A DNA stretch of 64,000 nt from positions 2,528,001 to 2,592,000 of the forward strand of contig OY781964.1 of assembly GCA_963677485.1 (NCBI GenBank). Direction: 5' to 3'. Position numbers and translations under genes: made by a program. This document shows positions 1 through 9,489 of this stretch, piece by piece (positions within the stretch are counted from its first letter, which is position 1; every line of letters begins with the position of its first letter). Under the pieces are notes generated by a model, which was not told the DNA's origin, did no database searches, and saw only the letters and a program-made list of their open reading frames with translations. Origin of the DNA: Armatimonadota bacterium (GTDB lineage: Bacteria > Armatimonadota > HRBIN16).

Positions 1-258
1 ACCGGTGTCAGCGGGGCTTTGAAGGCACCTGGGCGTGCGACGGGGTTCACGCTGCGAAGCAAGAAGCCCGATACAGGTGGCCCCACGGTGCTGCGATGTG
101 AACTCGACCGGAAAGATCCGTCGTCGGTGATCCTGTGGTATTCGCCGGTGATCAAGGATCCCGTCAGCCTGTATTACGGTGCCGGTATCAACCCGTTTGT
201 GAATGTCGTAGATGATAAGGACATGCCCGTTCCCGCATTCGGCCCCGTGCCCGTGTAG
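1..258 (+). CDS. C-terminal fragment of a probable sialate O-acetylesterase-family protein (runs off window start)
   Basis: Ending 'LYYGAGINPFVNVVDDKDMPVPAFGP' resembles SiaE-type C-termini; frame open from the window edge, stop at 256-258. Confidence 0.55.
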   Translation, partial: TGVSGALKAPGRATGFTLRSKKPDTGGPTVLRCELDRKDPSSVILWYSPVIKDPVSLYYGAGINPFVNVVDDKDMPVPAFGPVPV

Positions 259-283
259 GGAGTGTGCCGTGCCTGTATCGTTT

Positions 284-410
284 GTAGGGGCGGGGTCACC
301 CCGCCCCATTTTCCGCCGGTCTGTCTGTCTGAACCACGGATGACACGGATGACACGGATAGGTTCGGATGGAGAGGGAGGCCAATCAGGAGATTGGCGTT
401 CCCAGGGGGG
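284..410. repeat. Composite intergenic repeat (GTAG-headed REP hairpin + CACGGAT 9-nt module + GCCAATC hairpin)
   Basis: gtaggggcggggtcaccccgcccc, then tctgaaccacggatgacacggatgacacggat, then gggaggccaatcaggagattggcgttccc; the latter modules recur near 3461, 8550 and 63219. Confidence 0.85.
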
Positions 411-454
411 CACAGCATGCCGTGTTTGTTACCGTTTGTAGATACTGTGGCTTT

Positions 455-460
455 TGTCAA
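455..460 (-). promoter_or_regulatory. -35 box (TTGACA) of the circle-junction promoter; its -10 (TACGCT) is at 2244-2249
   Basis: Joining the ends over one CT gives TTGACA-17 bp-TACGCT pointing into the bridge RNA. Confidence 0.85.
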
Positions 461-712
461 GTCCCCAGGGGCAAATCTGGGGATTTGGACCTGAATATCA
501 GACACTGGCTCTAGACCACGTAGAACAACGTTAATGTGATGTTTGTGGCATATAGACCAAACCTGGATCCGCGACAGAAACAGGCTCAGATGGCATCAGT
601 TGGTCCGTAGCACCTCACATGACGCTCGGAGTCGCGAACGGACGTGCGACATCTTCGTGGCTTCGAAAGATATCGTTATGCTTCGATGCGTGCTATCGGC
701 AGACTGCCGCAG

Positions 713-2005
713 CTAGGATACTGGTGTCAGAACCCTCGGTTTGTTGCCCACCCGACTGCGCGATGGCCGGTTTCGGGATGCGGGCCGACCACCGCCGGCA
801 GGAGTGGGCTCATTGGTGGGATTTCCATCCACGCATCCCCGTCTTGGAACGCTCACGTCCAGCCCAGGATCATTGCCTACACCGGCTATATCATGGGCCG
901 CTCCGGCACGATCCTGGACATGTCCGTTCGCGTCGGTCAGCGGTTGCTGGTTGGCCGCATTTGAAGCTTGTTCGATGCCGAAGTTTGGATCATATGGCTG
1001 ACGGCTGATTAATACCGACCACATGAGCACCAGCTGCTTGCGCATGATTGCGCACCGGACAACTCGCTTGGACTTCGGTTTCTTATTGGGATTCTTTACC
1101 AAATTCGGATGCTGCAGTTCCTTCACGAAGTCGTGCATGCTCTGGCCAAGCTTTTTCGACTTACCGTTGACCATCTTCACCACAGTGCTCGATCCACAGT
1201 AGAGTAATGTCCGCATATATCGGTCACCCATCTTGGATATGGAGCCGTCGTATGTCTTGCAGCTTCCTGACCGTTGCGGGCAGGGGTTCATTCCGAAATA
1301 GCGCGCGACCGCTTTCGATGTTTCAAATCGTTTAGCATCACCGATTTTCGCAAGGAAATAGCTTGCTGTGACGTCGCTGATACCCGGAATGCTCTTCAGC
1401 AGAGCCATATCTTCGGTCATCTGCGGTGAACTCATCACAAGCTCTTTGATCTGAACATCAAGCTTTTTGATGCCCATGTCATGAAAAGCGATCATCTCGT
1501 CCAGCACTGTGCTCCGCGTAAGCCGACAGCTTTGGCGCTGGGCGATCGCCTGTCTGTGTTGCACCAGCATACGGCGGTCATTGGTGTAACCAATAAGCGC
1601 ATCATAGCATGCTAGACGAGGGACATAGAGTGAGACATTGTGACTTTTCACATAGTCAGCGATTAGCACGCTGTCAGAGCAGTCCGTCTTTTGTTCCCAG
1701 CCTTTGGCTTTGCGGTGATAGAGAACCCGTTTTGGCTCCAGTTGGACAGCATCGTGCTGGTGCTCGTAGAGGTAATCAAGCAGCGGTCGGCTGTAAGGCC
1801 CGGTGGCTTCAGCCGCATACAAGGCGGGAGTTCGGGTAAGCTTCTTCACCCATGACAACAACTCCTTGTATCCGGCCTTGTTGTTCTTGAACTCCTTATG
1901 GTCTATCGGCTTGTGCGATGAACCTAATACAGACGCGTCAAACGTCAATTTCGAGATGTCGATCCCGACATAATGGATGTAGATTTTGTCTTCAACTTCG
2001 TGCAT
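713..2005 (-). CDS. IS110-family DEDD recombinase/transposase
   Basis: YVGIDISK, AEATGPY, KTDCSDS (DEDD) and GMNPCPQRSGS (catalytic Ser); ATG at 2005 follows GGAG; low-complexity tail after QPYDPNF. Confidence 0.95.
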   Translation of the reverse strand: MHEVEDKIYIHYVGIDISKLTFDASVLGSSHKPIDHKEFKNNKAGYKELLSWVKKLTRTPALYAAEATGPYSRPLLDYLYEHQHDAVQLEPKRVLYHRKAKGWEQKTDCSDSVLIADYVKSHNVSLYVPRLACYDALIGYTNDRRMLVQHRQAIAQRQSCRLTRSTVLDEMIAFHDMGIKKLDVQIKELVMSSPQMTEDMALLKSIPGISDVTASYFLAKIGDAKRFETSKAVARYFGMNPCPQRSGSCKTYDGSISKMGDRYMRTLLYCGSSTVVKMVNGKSKKLGQSMHDFVKELQHPNLVKNPNKKPKSKRVVRCAIMRKQLVLMWSVLISRQPYDPNFGIEQASNAANQQPLTDANGHVQDRAGAAHDIAGVGNDPGLDVSVPRRGCVDGNPTNEPTPAGGGRPASRNRPSRSRVGNKPRVLTPVS

Positions 2006-2040
2006 GTGGTAATCTCCAGTTGGTAGTGATTGATGGTGCA

Positions 2041-2237
2041 ATCAACCAAATCAGCCTAGCGAACACGGGGTTTTCTCCCAAGATACTGTTCGATATGGGT
2101 TGATTGGGAGAAGGATGCCTATCTACGTCACGGTGTTTTCCACCAGGGGCGGTTCCGGCATCCAATCCTTCTCCTTCACCCCCAGCTAAGGGGTGAGATT
2201 AGCTCCCCGACTGCTTTTGGTGTCCGGGGAGCTCACC
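2041..2237 (-). ncRNA. Bridge RNA of the IS110 element (5' hairpins, target-binding loop, donor-binding loop)
   Basis: Target loop GGAUGCCGG-AACCGCCCCU-hairpin-GUAG-AUAGGCAUCC; donor loop ACAGUAUCU-hairpin-CUAG-GCUG; same architecture as IS621. Confidence 0.88.
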
Positions 2238-2379
2238 ATATATAGCGTACTAGGGGCGGTTCGCGAACCGCCCTTCTTGCGTCGCGCCGCCCCGATTATT
2301 ACCGCAGGGAATGCTTGACGGGTGGATTGAACGAATTACCGGCATGTTCGTATCAACCAATGTAGATGGGGTGTATACC

Positions 2380-3285
2380 ATGGACTATCTTGCAGGAACC
2401 GAGTATCCGCATTATGCACCTTCAATTTCGACCGATAACCTTTTATCGCAGGTGTTAACCCATCGGTGTGATTCTCGCTATTACGATCAAGCTATGTGTG
2501 CCTTGAAATACCGTGGTGATGATCAAGTGTATGAAAGCGCACTGCATCTATGCCACAGTGTAAAGCCTCGAGAACGAAGGGTTGGGTATGATATTCTGTC
2601 GGAATTCGGACTGCCCTATTACAAGCGCACGATGGACATCCTGCGTGTTTTGTTAGATGCGTTGCCATCAGAACACAACTCAGATTGTATCATTTGGATC
2701 GGGAGTGCAGTCAGCAGCCACCTGCTGGGATGCAGACACAACACTGATGAGGTCTTTCACGAGATGCCGGACCGAATACAAAACCTATTCGCACTGTCGA
2801 GCAACCGGTCGTCGTACCGGCGATATGCTGTCGCGAAGATACTCGGTCGATTTCTGGACGGAGGCGAAATGTCACATAAGGCCACTGAAGTTTTGATTAC
2901 TATGACACATGACAATGATACGGATATCAGGGTTAGGGCCATTGATTCGTTGGGATTAAGTGAGGATAACGACCCGGATCGTATTGCTGTTATCGATCAT
3001 CTGTTGTTATTGGCGCAGGACGATGAGCCTTTAGTCCGTGCTGAGGCAATCTTTTCACTGCAAAATCGGGACTATCCGGGTGTCGGCGCACTCATCGCTC
3101 AAGAGATCAGTAAAGGGCATGTATGCACTTCTACACTGAGAGCCGCAGAATATTTGGCGGATAATGAACTCTGTGCTGTGTTGAAGCTAGCCGACCCAGG
3201 ATCGGTTGATAGTGAATTCTGGTTGGAAAGAGCGATCAATTCATGCTGTAACACCGGTAAGGAAGTTGATGATTCTACTGACTAA
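2380..3285 (+). CDS. HEAT-repeat protein
   Basis: Repeated helical motifs (DNDTDIRVRAIDSLG, DDEPLVRAEAIFSL); start uncertain (ORF open from 2311). Confidence 0.75.
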   Translation: MDYLAGTEYPHYAPSISTDNLLSQVLTHRCDSRYYDQAMCALKYRGDDQVYESALHLCHSVKPRERRVGYDILSEFGLPYYKRTMDILRVLLDALPSEHNSDCIIWIGSAVSSHLLGCRHNTDEVFHEMPDRIQNLFALSSNRSSYRRYAVAKILGRFLDGGEMSHKATEVLITMTHDNDTDIRVRAIDSLGLSEDNDPDRIAVIDHLLLLAQDDEPLVRAEAIFSLQNRDYPGVGALIAQEISKGHVCTSTLRAAEYLADNELCAVLKLADPGSVDSEFWLERAINSCCNTGKEVDDSTD

Positions 3286-3315
3286 GCGGCTATCAGTCCT
3301 TCGATACCCACATCA

Positions 3316-3805
3316 TTGGCGACGGGTTCCGGCAACCCGCTGAAGCGGGCCTTGTCACCCATCGCTAATCATTACCGGTCCGCTGAAGCGGACGTAGGCG
3401 CCGCCCACGACGGGGAGGGCGATCGCCGATCGCCCCTGCGAGCCACATTGGCGCGGTATCTGTCTGAACCACGGATTACGCGGATGGCGCGGATGGGTTC
3501 GGATGGAGAGGGAGGCCAATCAGGAGATTGGCGTTCCCAGGGGAATACCCTCTTTGCGTCTTTGCGTTAAAGTACCCGTCTTCGCGTAAGGCCATACCAA
3601 TCTGTGTCATCTGCGTAATCTGTGGATGTATTCATCCCATTCGTGTTCATTCGTGGTTTCCCTGGAACCAGACCGGCGCGGTATCTGTCTGAACCACGGA
3701 TTACACGGATTACGCGGATGGGTTCGGATGGGAACATGCCCTAATCTGTGTAATCTGTGGATCTACCTTACCCTTCGCGCCTTCGCGTCTTCGCGTGAGA
3801 CATCC
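3316..3805. repeat. Composite intergenic repeat cluster between convergent genes
   Basis: ccgctgaagcgg hairpins, gggcgatcgccgatcgccc, two CACGGAT modules, and aatctgtgtcatctgcgtaatctgtgg, attcgtgttcattcgtgg and cttcgcgccttcgcgtcttcgcgtgag modules. Confidence 0.85.
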
Positions 3806-3812
3806 CCAAACC

Positions 3813-5759
3813 TTACGGCAAGACGACCTTCACGGTCTCGCCCTCCGCCAAGACCGCATGGTATACCACCTGCTGACCTTCCAGCACATCCACCACCAAA
3901 CGATCGGCATTGCGACTGAGCGCGATATCAAACCTGCGGCCAAACGCCCGGATGCTGCGTAGTGCCATGCTGTTCCAGCCCTCCGGCAGATGGGGTGTGC
4001 ATTCAAAGGCGTGAAGACCCACAGGGCGTATGCCAAAAAGCCCCTCGGTGATCACACGGCAATATAGCGCGCTCTCCGCCGACAGTTGGCGCTGACCGCC
4101 CTCGGGCCACGCCTCCACCGGATACGGCACGTGCTCACCGAGTAGCCTGCGTTGTGAGTATTTGCGCAGGTAATCCATCCCCAATACGGTCTCTCCCGAG
4201 GCAAACACTCCCCTCAGCGCATACAGGGTCGCCCTGTCCCAAAAGGTCTCCTTACCCGCCTCGGTCGCCAGACCGTCATCGGTCCAAAGTCGGGGCGAAA
4301 ACAGGGCCGCGATCGTACCGCTCTTGCGCTCCATGATACCCATCGTCAATGGGATACATACCCAGGCACGCAGGCTGCTGTTGCCGTCATAATAGCGGTA
4401 GGTGTGAAACCCCTCCACCTGGGCTCCGAAGTATCTCTCGATCGCAGTGCGTAGTGCTGCAGCCCGGTCTCGATATTCATTGACCAAAGACTGAGGCTGG
4501 CCCAGCTCCTCACCCAGCCAGACCGCTGAGCGCAGCGCGTCATAGGTCAATGACGAGGTGCAGAGGTTCGCCTTGCCTGCCGGAAATCGACCCTCCAACT
4601 CGTCGCTGTCGGATTCAACCACTCCCTGCTCGTTGGTCTTGCGACGGCAGAACTCCAGACACCACTTCACAATCGGCCACATCTCGCCGGCGATCTTCTT
4701 GCTGCCAGACACCAGCGCATACCGCGCGGCACCGTAGGCGATCATCGCCGCATCACCGCGGTCACCCGCGCCGTTCCAGATGTCGGTTCCCTCGGCGATG
4801 ATGGAGCTGGGCACAGGCTTGTAGTCGGGCTTCATGAACCGCGCGAACTGCCGGTAACAAACCAGCGCCGATTCATTACCGGCCGCATCGCCCAAGAATG
4901 GAAAGAAGGGACTGGCATACTCCGCCTGATCATTGGCCCAGATCGCGGCGTAGTAGGAACCACCACCTGGGGCGTGCATCAGCCCGCCTTTGGTTTCAAA
5001 AATGCTCTCGGCGGCCCGCAGTTTTGTGAAGTCGAACTCCCGGCTGAGCACCGGTTCGGGGCACTCAAACCGCAGCTTCTGGAAGGTAGCGCTGACGTAA
5101 TCCTTCCGCGCCCGCTGTTCTGCTTTTGGGTCGATCTCAATGGGCGGTTCGCCGGCACGCCGTCCGGTGAAGACCAGGCTGAACTCCACCGATCTACCCG
5201 GCTGCAGCTTCACCGACTGACATCCAACGGCTTTCGCGCTCAAGCTGTATACACCGTAGACACCGTTCTGCGCCTCAGTCTGGTGTGCCTGCTCATACGG
5301 GCTGATGACCACCATCCGCATGCGATTGGACCTGTTTGTGATGGTGCAGCGCTCGATCACTGCCGCCTTGCGGGTGGAGGGGAACAGCACCCGCGTGAGC
5401 TCCAGATCATCACCGACACGGCTTTGGATACTCACCATGCCGCGGATGCTCACCACCGCTGGCTTTTCGGCAGGTATCGGCAGACCGTCCACGCTGATCG
5501 GAGGAAATACCTCCAACCCATAGCGGTGTGATAAGCTGGCGTGCGTGTCATTCGGGATGGTGCGCAGCATCGGCCATACGATCTGCCTGTCCAGCAGCAG
5601 CCGGCCCTGCTCATCAACGCCGTAACGCAGAATGAGGGACACTCTGCGTCCGCTCATTTCGATGTGGTCAGAATGGGCTCCCTGGACCTGCCATTCGATC
5701 GCGCCATCTGGCTTCATCTGCCAGCGAGTATTCGGCAACTGTGGTGATGGTTGTTTCAA
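3813..5759 (-). CDS. Six-hairpin (alpha/alpha)6 glycoside hydrolase-like protein
   Basis: 648 aa; YYAAIWANDQAEY, SDSDELEGRFP and VEAWPEG..QLSAESALY motifs. Confidence 0.7.
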   Translation of the reverse strand: MKQPSPQLPNTRWQMKPDGAIEWQVQGAHSDHIEMSGRRVSLILRYGVDEQGRLLLDRQIVWPMLRTIPNDTHASLSHRYGLEVFPPISVDGLPIPAEKPAVVSIRGMVSIQSRVGDDLELTRVLFPSTRKAAVIERCTITNRSNRMRMVVISPYEQAHQTEAQNGVYGVYSLSAKAVGCQSVKLQPGRSVEFSLVFTGRRAGEPPIEIDPKAEQRARKDYVSATFQKLRFECPEPVLSREFDFTKLRAAESIFETKGGLMHAPGGGSYYAAIWANDQAEYASPFFPFLGDAAGNESALVCYRQFARFMKPDYKPVPSSIIAEGTDIWNGAGDRGDAAMIAYGAARYALVSGSKKIAGEMWPIVKWCLEFCRRKTNEQGVVESDSDELEGRFPAGKANLCTSSLTYDALRSAVWLGEELGQPQSLVNEYRDRAAALRTAIERYFGAQVEGFHTYRYYDGNSSLRAWVCIPLTMGIMERKSGTIAALFSPRLWTDDGLATEAGKETFWDRATLYALRGVFASGETVLGMDYLRKYSQRRLLGEHVPYPVEAWPEGGQRQLSAESALYCRVITEGLFGIRPVGLHAFECTPHLPEGWNSMALRSIRAFGRRFDIALSRNADRLVVDVLEGQQVVYHAVLAEGETVKVVLP

Positions 5760-5836
5760 TATGTGCGCTCCCAGTCGAGTGATGCTGCATACGAGGATTG
5801 GCTACACAGAAATGATACCGCGATCGCCGGTTTGGA

Positions 5837-6775
5837 TCATCCACCAGGCTGTCCTTCAGCATACCGTGCCAACTGCCGGGCCTTCCTCGTCCAGAGGATC
5901 AAGCAGACCAGATACAGAAGAGTACCGATTGCATCAGGCACCCATAATATCAACACGGTCAAGTACAACAAAAGATGGTTCTCTCCTTTGGAACTAATCA
6001 GCCCATCTGAGCTCAGTAATATGTGTAAACGGGCCACAAAATCAAATACTGTGAGAGCGAATGAGATGACCGTCGGCACAATCGAGCTGTAATATGCCCA
6101 TCGCTTTTGACGAAATAGACCGATTCCTATCACAGAACCCAGCAAAATCACCATCACCGTATAGAGTATGCGGACTAATAACAACCGACCGTCAGCAGTA
6201 CCTATGTTGTGCATGACGAAGGACGGCAGCAACACCGGGCATATGAAGCTAAGACACAAAAATGCCCAGCACACAATCAAAATGATCTGCGATTTTCGAT
6301 TTGACCGGTTGTTCACCGGCTCTTCGGTTGTGGAATTGTGTGCTGATACATTTTGGAGATCATTATTCTTTACGCCCTTACGCCATGACGCAAGCACAAC
6401 AGTATATGGCAGCGCGCACATCGCCACGGGTGCTCCACATACAACCAGCAAAAGCAGCGTGCCAGGACCGGGAAGCTCACTCATTTCAGGGCTGAAATAC
6501 ATCAAGGGGTGAAATAGAACGAGAAAGGGGATCGCCATGAGCAGGGCGAAGATGACAGGTAGAAGTGACGCAAGTATCAAACCCCTTTGTTGCCGCTGTA
6601 TACCTCGTCCGACCACAGCTCCCAACCCGATCACCGCCAATACATAGGCTCCAGCACGGCTGAGGTGGTAGGCATCAAACTTAAGGGCCAGGAGCATGTA
6701 TATGACCACCGGCCACAGTAAGCCAAGACACAGCAATCCCCAGCATATTAGCATATTCTTACCGATTAACTTCAC
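5837..6775 (-). CDS. Membrane protein with two fused ~150-aa hydrophobic domains
   Basis: N-half matches 7861-8352, C-half matches 7400-7864. Confidence 0.8.
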   Translation of the reverse strand: MKLIGKNMLICWGLLCLGLLWPVVIYMLLALKFDAYHLSRAGAYVLAVIGLGAVVGRGIQRQQRGLILASLLPVIFALLMAIPFLVLFHPLMYFSPEMSELPGPGTLLLLVVCGAPVAMCALPYTVVLASWRKGVKNNDLQNVSAHNSTTEEPVNNRSNRKSQIILIVCWAFLCLSFICPVLLPSFVMHNIGTADGRLLLVRILYTVMVILLGSVIGIGLFRQKRWAYYSSIVPTVISFALTVFDFVARLHILLSSDGLISSKGENHLLLYLTVLILWVPDAIGTLLYLVCLILWTRKARQLARYAEGQPGG

Positions 6776-6904
6776 GTAATGTCTCCTGTTCCGCAGTTCT
6801 ATATCATCTACGCGTGTTGTGCCCTTAACCGTTTCAGGGGGTGTGTGGGGTGGACAGAGACTGTATGCGGGTCGCGGGACGATCAGCGGTGGAGACCGTC
6901 ACCC

Positions 6905-7345
6905 CGGGCCGATCGCCGATCACCCCAACGCGCCAGACCACGCCGGTCTGTTTGTCTGAACCACGGATTACGCGGATGGCACGGATGGGTTCGGATGGAG
7001 AGGGAGGCCAATCAGGCGAAAAGTGTTCGCAGGGGAATTCACTTTGCGTTTTTGCCCCTTTGCTATGAAAATATCATTCGTGCCAATTGCTGGTCTCCAA
7101 GGAACCAGACCGGCGCGGTCTTAAGCCTTCTGCAGCCGTAAGCGTACCGCCAGACCGCCCCAGACATAGGCAATCACCGCGAATAAAAGACCCTTCGCGC
7201 CTTCGCGTCTTCGCGTGAGACCTCCCGCCACCGGTCATTACCTAATCTGCGTCATCTGTGTAATCTGTGGATGTATTCATCCCATTCGTGTTTATTGGTG
7301 TTCATTCGTGGTGAAATGCTCCCCCTTTGCGCCTTTGCGTTGAGA
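6905..7345. repeat. Composite intergenic repeat cluster
   Basis: Same modules as 3316-3805, plus a half copy of the agaccggcgcggtc...cagaccgcccc element. Confidence 0.8.
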
Positions 7346-7399
7346 TGTCATATATCCAACGTCAGATCGCTCCGGACATGGCAATCCGCTGCGTCGAGG

Positions 7400-7864
7400 T
7401 CACCCACCAGCCTGGTCCTGTGTGTATCGTGCTAGTTGCCGGGCCTTCTTCCACCACATCACCATGCTGATGATGTACAGAAGAGTGCTTATTGCCACAG
7501 GCGCACCTAATAACAAGTAGAAGATGAACGCCAAGGGGCTGCCTTCGCCATTGGGACCTTCAATATCACCGTAGCGCACCATAAATGCCAAATGCAGCAG
7601 GAAACCAGGAACCGTGACTATGAATGCGATGGCCGTTGGCGCTATGGAGCTGATGATAGCCCACCTCTTTTGCAGATATAGCCCTCGTCCGATCACAATA
7701 CCCTGTAATATCACGATCACGGTGTAGAGTATCGGGATGCCTAACACCCGACTGTTGGTCGTCTCTAGATTGCCCACGACCAAATAGAGCAGTGCGGTTG
7801 GCCAGAGAAAGCTGAGGCACATGAGTATCCAGCACACAATCAAACCGATCGGCGGCTTCCTCAT
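7400..7864 (-). CDS. Hypothetical membrane protein (domain B paralogue)
   Basis: Several hydrophobic segments; ATGA overlap with the upstream gene. Confidence 0.8.
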   Translation of the reverse strand: MRKPPIGLIVCWILMCLSFLWPTALLYLVVGNLETTNSRVLGIPILYTVIVILQGIVIGRGLYLQKRWAIISSIAPTAIAFIVTVPGFLLHLAFMVRYGDIEGPNGEGSPLAFIFYLLLGAPVAISTLLYIISMVMWWKKARQLARYTQDQAGG

Positions 7865-8352
7865 TCCCGACCATCCTCCGTGGATTTGTTATTACGGCGC
7901 GTGGATGCTGATTTGAGTGCGGATACCTTTCGGCGCTCAAGGCCCGTTAATTGGATGGTCCATGTGGCAAAGGCGACAGTATATGGTAGCGTGCATATCG
8001 CCACTGGCAGTCCACAGAACGCCAGAAGAAGAATCGTGCCCGGCCCGGGTAGTTGATCCATTTCGGGGCTGAAGTACATCAACGGATGGAAAAAAACGCA
8101 AATTGGGTATGCCATCAGCAGGGCCAAGATGGTGGGTAGCAGCGAGGCCACTATCAACCATCTTTTTTGCCGTAGTATTGCTCGTCCAACGACAACACCC
8201 AGGCCAATGACCGCCATCATGTAGGCCGCTGCACGGATGACGTGGTAGGCATCAATGGTGTGGGCCAGGTTCATGTATGTGACCACCGGCCACAGTAAGC
8301 CGAGGCACAGCAAGCCCCAGCATACCATCATCGCAGTGCTGACTAGTTTCAT
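7861..8352 (-). CDS. Hypothetical membrane protein (domain A paralogue)
   Basis: Start MKLVS at 8352 after GGAGAG aligns with MKLIG of 5837-6775; shared FHPLMYFSPEM..LPGPGT. Confidence 0.8.
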   Translation of the reverse strand: MKLVSTAMMVCWGLLCLGLLWPVVTYMNLAHTIDAYHVIRAAAYMMAVIGLGVVVGRAILRQKRWLIVASLLPTILALLMAYPICVFFHPLMYFSPEMDQLPGPGTILLLAFCGLPVAICTLPYTVAFATWTIQLTGLERRKVSALKSASTRRNNKSTEDGRE

Positions 8353-8499
8353 GATACACTCTCCCGTTTTCGGTTCTATATCATTTACGAGGGCTGTGCC
8401 ATTAACCGTTTCATGGGGTGTGTGGGGTGGAACAGAGTCTGTAGGGGCTATACACACGGCTGCTAGCGGGTTGCTGGATGATCAGCGACGGAAGCCGTC

Positions 8500-8727
8500 A
8501 CTCCAGGGTGATCGCCGATCGCCCATACGTGCTAGACCGCATGGATGATTGTCTGAACCACGGATTACGCGGATGGCACGGATGGGTTCGGATGGAGAGG
8601 GAGGCCAATCAGGAGATTGGCGTTCCCAGGGGTATCGCCTTCGCGTGAGACCATATCAATCTGCGTCATCTGCGTAATCTGTGGATGTATTTATCCCATT
8701 CGTGTCTATTTGTGTTCATTCGTGGTT
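8500..8727. repeat. Composite intergenic repeat cluster
   Basis: Modules shared with 6905-7345, in largely the same order. Confidence 0.8.
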
Positions 8728-8732
8728 GCATG

Positions 8733-8770
8733 AAAAAGACCGGCGCGGATAGGGCAAATCGCACCGGTCT
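8733..8770 (-). terminator. Probable intrinsic terminator
   Basis: agaccggtgcg...cgcgccggtct stem followed by a T run, just after the 8783 stop. Confidence 0.6.
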
Positions 8771-8782
8771 ATGCAAACAAAG

Positions 8783-9271
8783 TTAGTCCATGTACCAAAG
8801 CGAGGGATGGGCGGCGATCCGCGCGACCTCGCGGGGGTTCGCAAACTCCAGCTTGTGCGCCAGCTCATGCACTCGGGCGTAATCTGATCGGCAGAACCTC
8901 TGCCAGTCGAAATACCGCAGTCCCAGGTTCAAAGTGCGCAGCGCACTGGCGACGTACTCCTCAGCCTCATCACAAGCCCAGTCCTCAAAAGAATCACCAG
9001 TGAGGTCTTCCTCGGTGCCGAGTTCAGCGGGCAAATAGGCGTGGCGTTTCTCTGAGGGGTTGTTGAAACTGAGGCACATTCCGAGGTAGGCATAGGCGAG
9101 CGCTTCGTAGTCTTCGAGGTTGGTGGGGTCGCAGTGAATAGCCCAGCGCAGTTCGCGGATATGGTGCCGGAGCTCCTCGCGTCGGGCCCGCAGGCTCTCC
9201 TGGACCTCCATAAGGCCTAGTGGAGCCAAAAGATCCTCATAACCAGGATCTGGATTTATGTCCTGAAACAT
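8783..9271 (-). CDS. Hypothetical acidic helical protein
   Basis: ATG at 9271 after GGAGGG; no recognised family. Confidence 0.6.
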   Translation of the reverse strand: MFQDINPDPGYEDLLAPLGLMEVQESLRARREELRHHIRELRWAIHCDPTNLEDYEALAYAYLGMCLSFNNPSEKRHAYLPAELGTEEDLTGDSFEDWACDEAEEYVASALRTLNLGLRYFDWQRFCRSDYARVHELAHKLEFANPREVARIAAHPSLWYMD

Positions 9272-9489
9272 GATACTTCCCTCCGCAACAATAGTTGAAG
9301 GCCGTTTCACACACGGTCAGGAATCACGCAACATATACTGTTTCTCCAGTGGATGCTCGAATTCCTGCATACATCCTGTCTCGGAATGAAAACCAAGTAT
9401 CATTACCAGCTTATCTGGTAATAATGAAGGTATTTCACGCCTGTTCATAGAATACACTGAGTATGTTAAGAATCTGGGAGGATGCGTCT

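Larger units (their letters stand above)
440..2253 (-). mobile_element. Complete IS110-family (IS621-like) insertion sequence inserted in a REP palindrome; CT core at both ends
   Basis: AG (CT on minus) at 440-441 and 2252-2253; excision rebuilds gtaggggcggttcgcgaaccgccc; both ends match guides in the internal non-coding RNA. Confidence 0.92.

Noticed and set aside
296-505. Small ORF MSDIQVQIPR resembling the N-terminus of the second recombinase (MSDIPR)
   Set aside because: Only a few residues match, and it runs across the IS end into repeats; coincidental
3316-3919. Short ORFs with 'SEPRITRMAR' / 'LNHGLHGL' peptides (also near 6800, 26100, 33000, 56600, 63200)
   Set aside because: These are translations of the non-coding repeat modules in several frames
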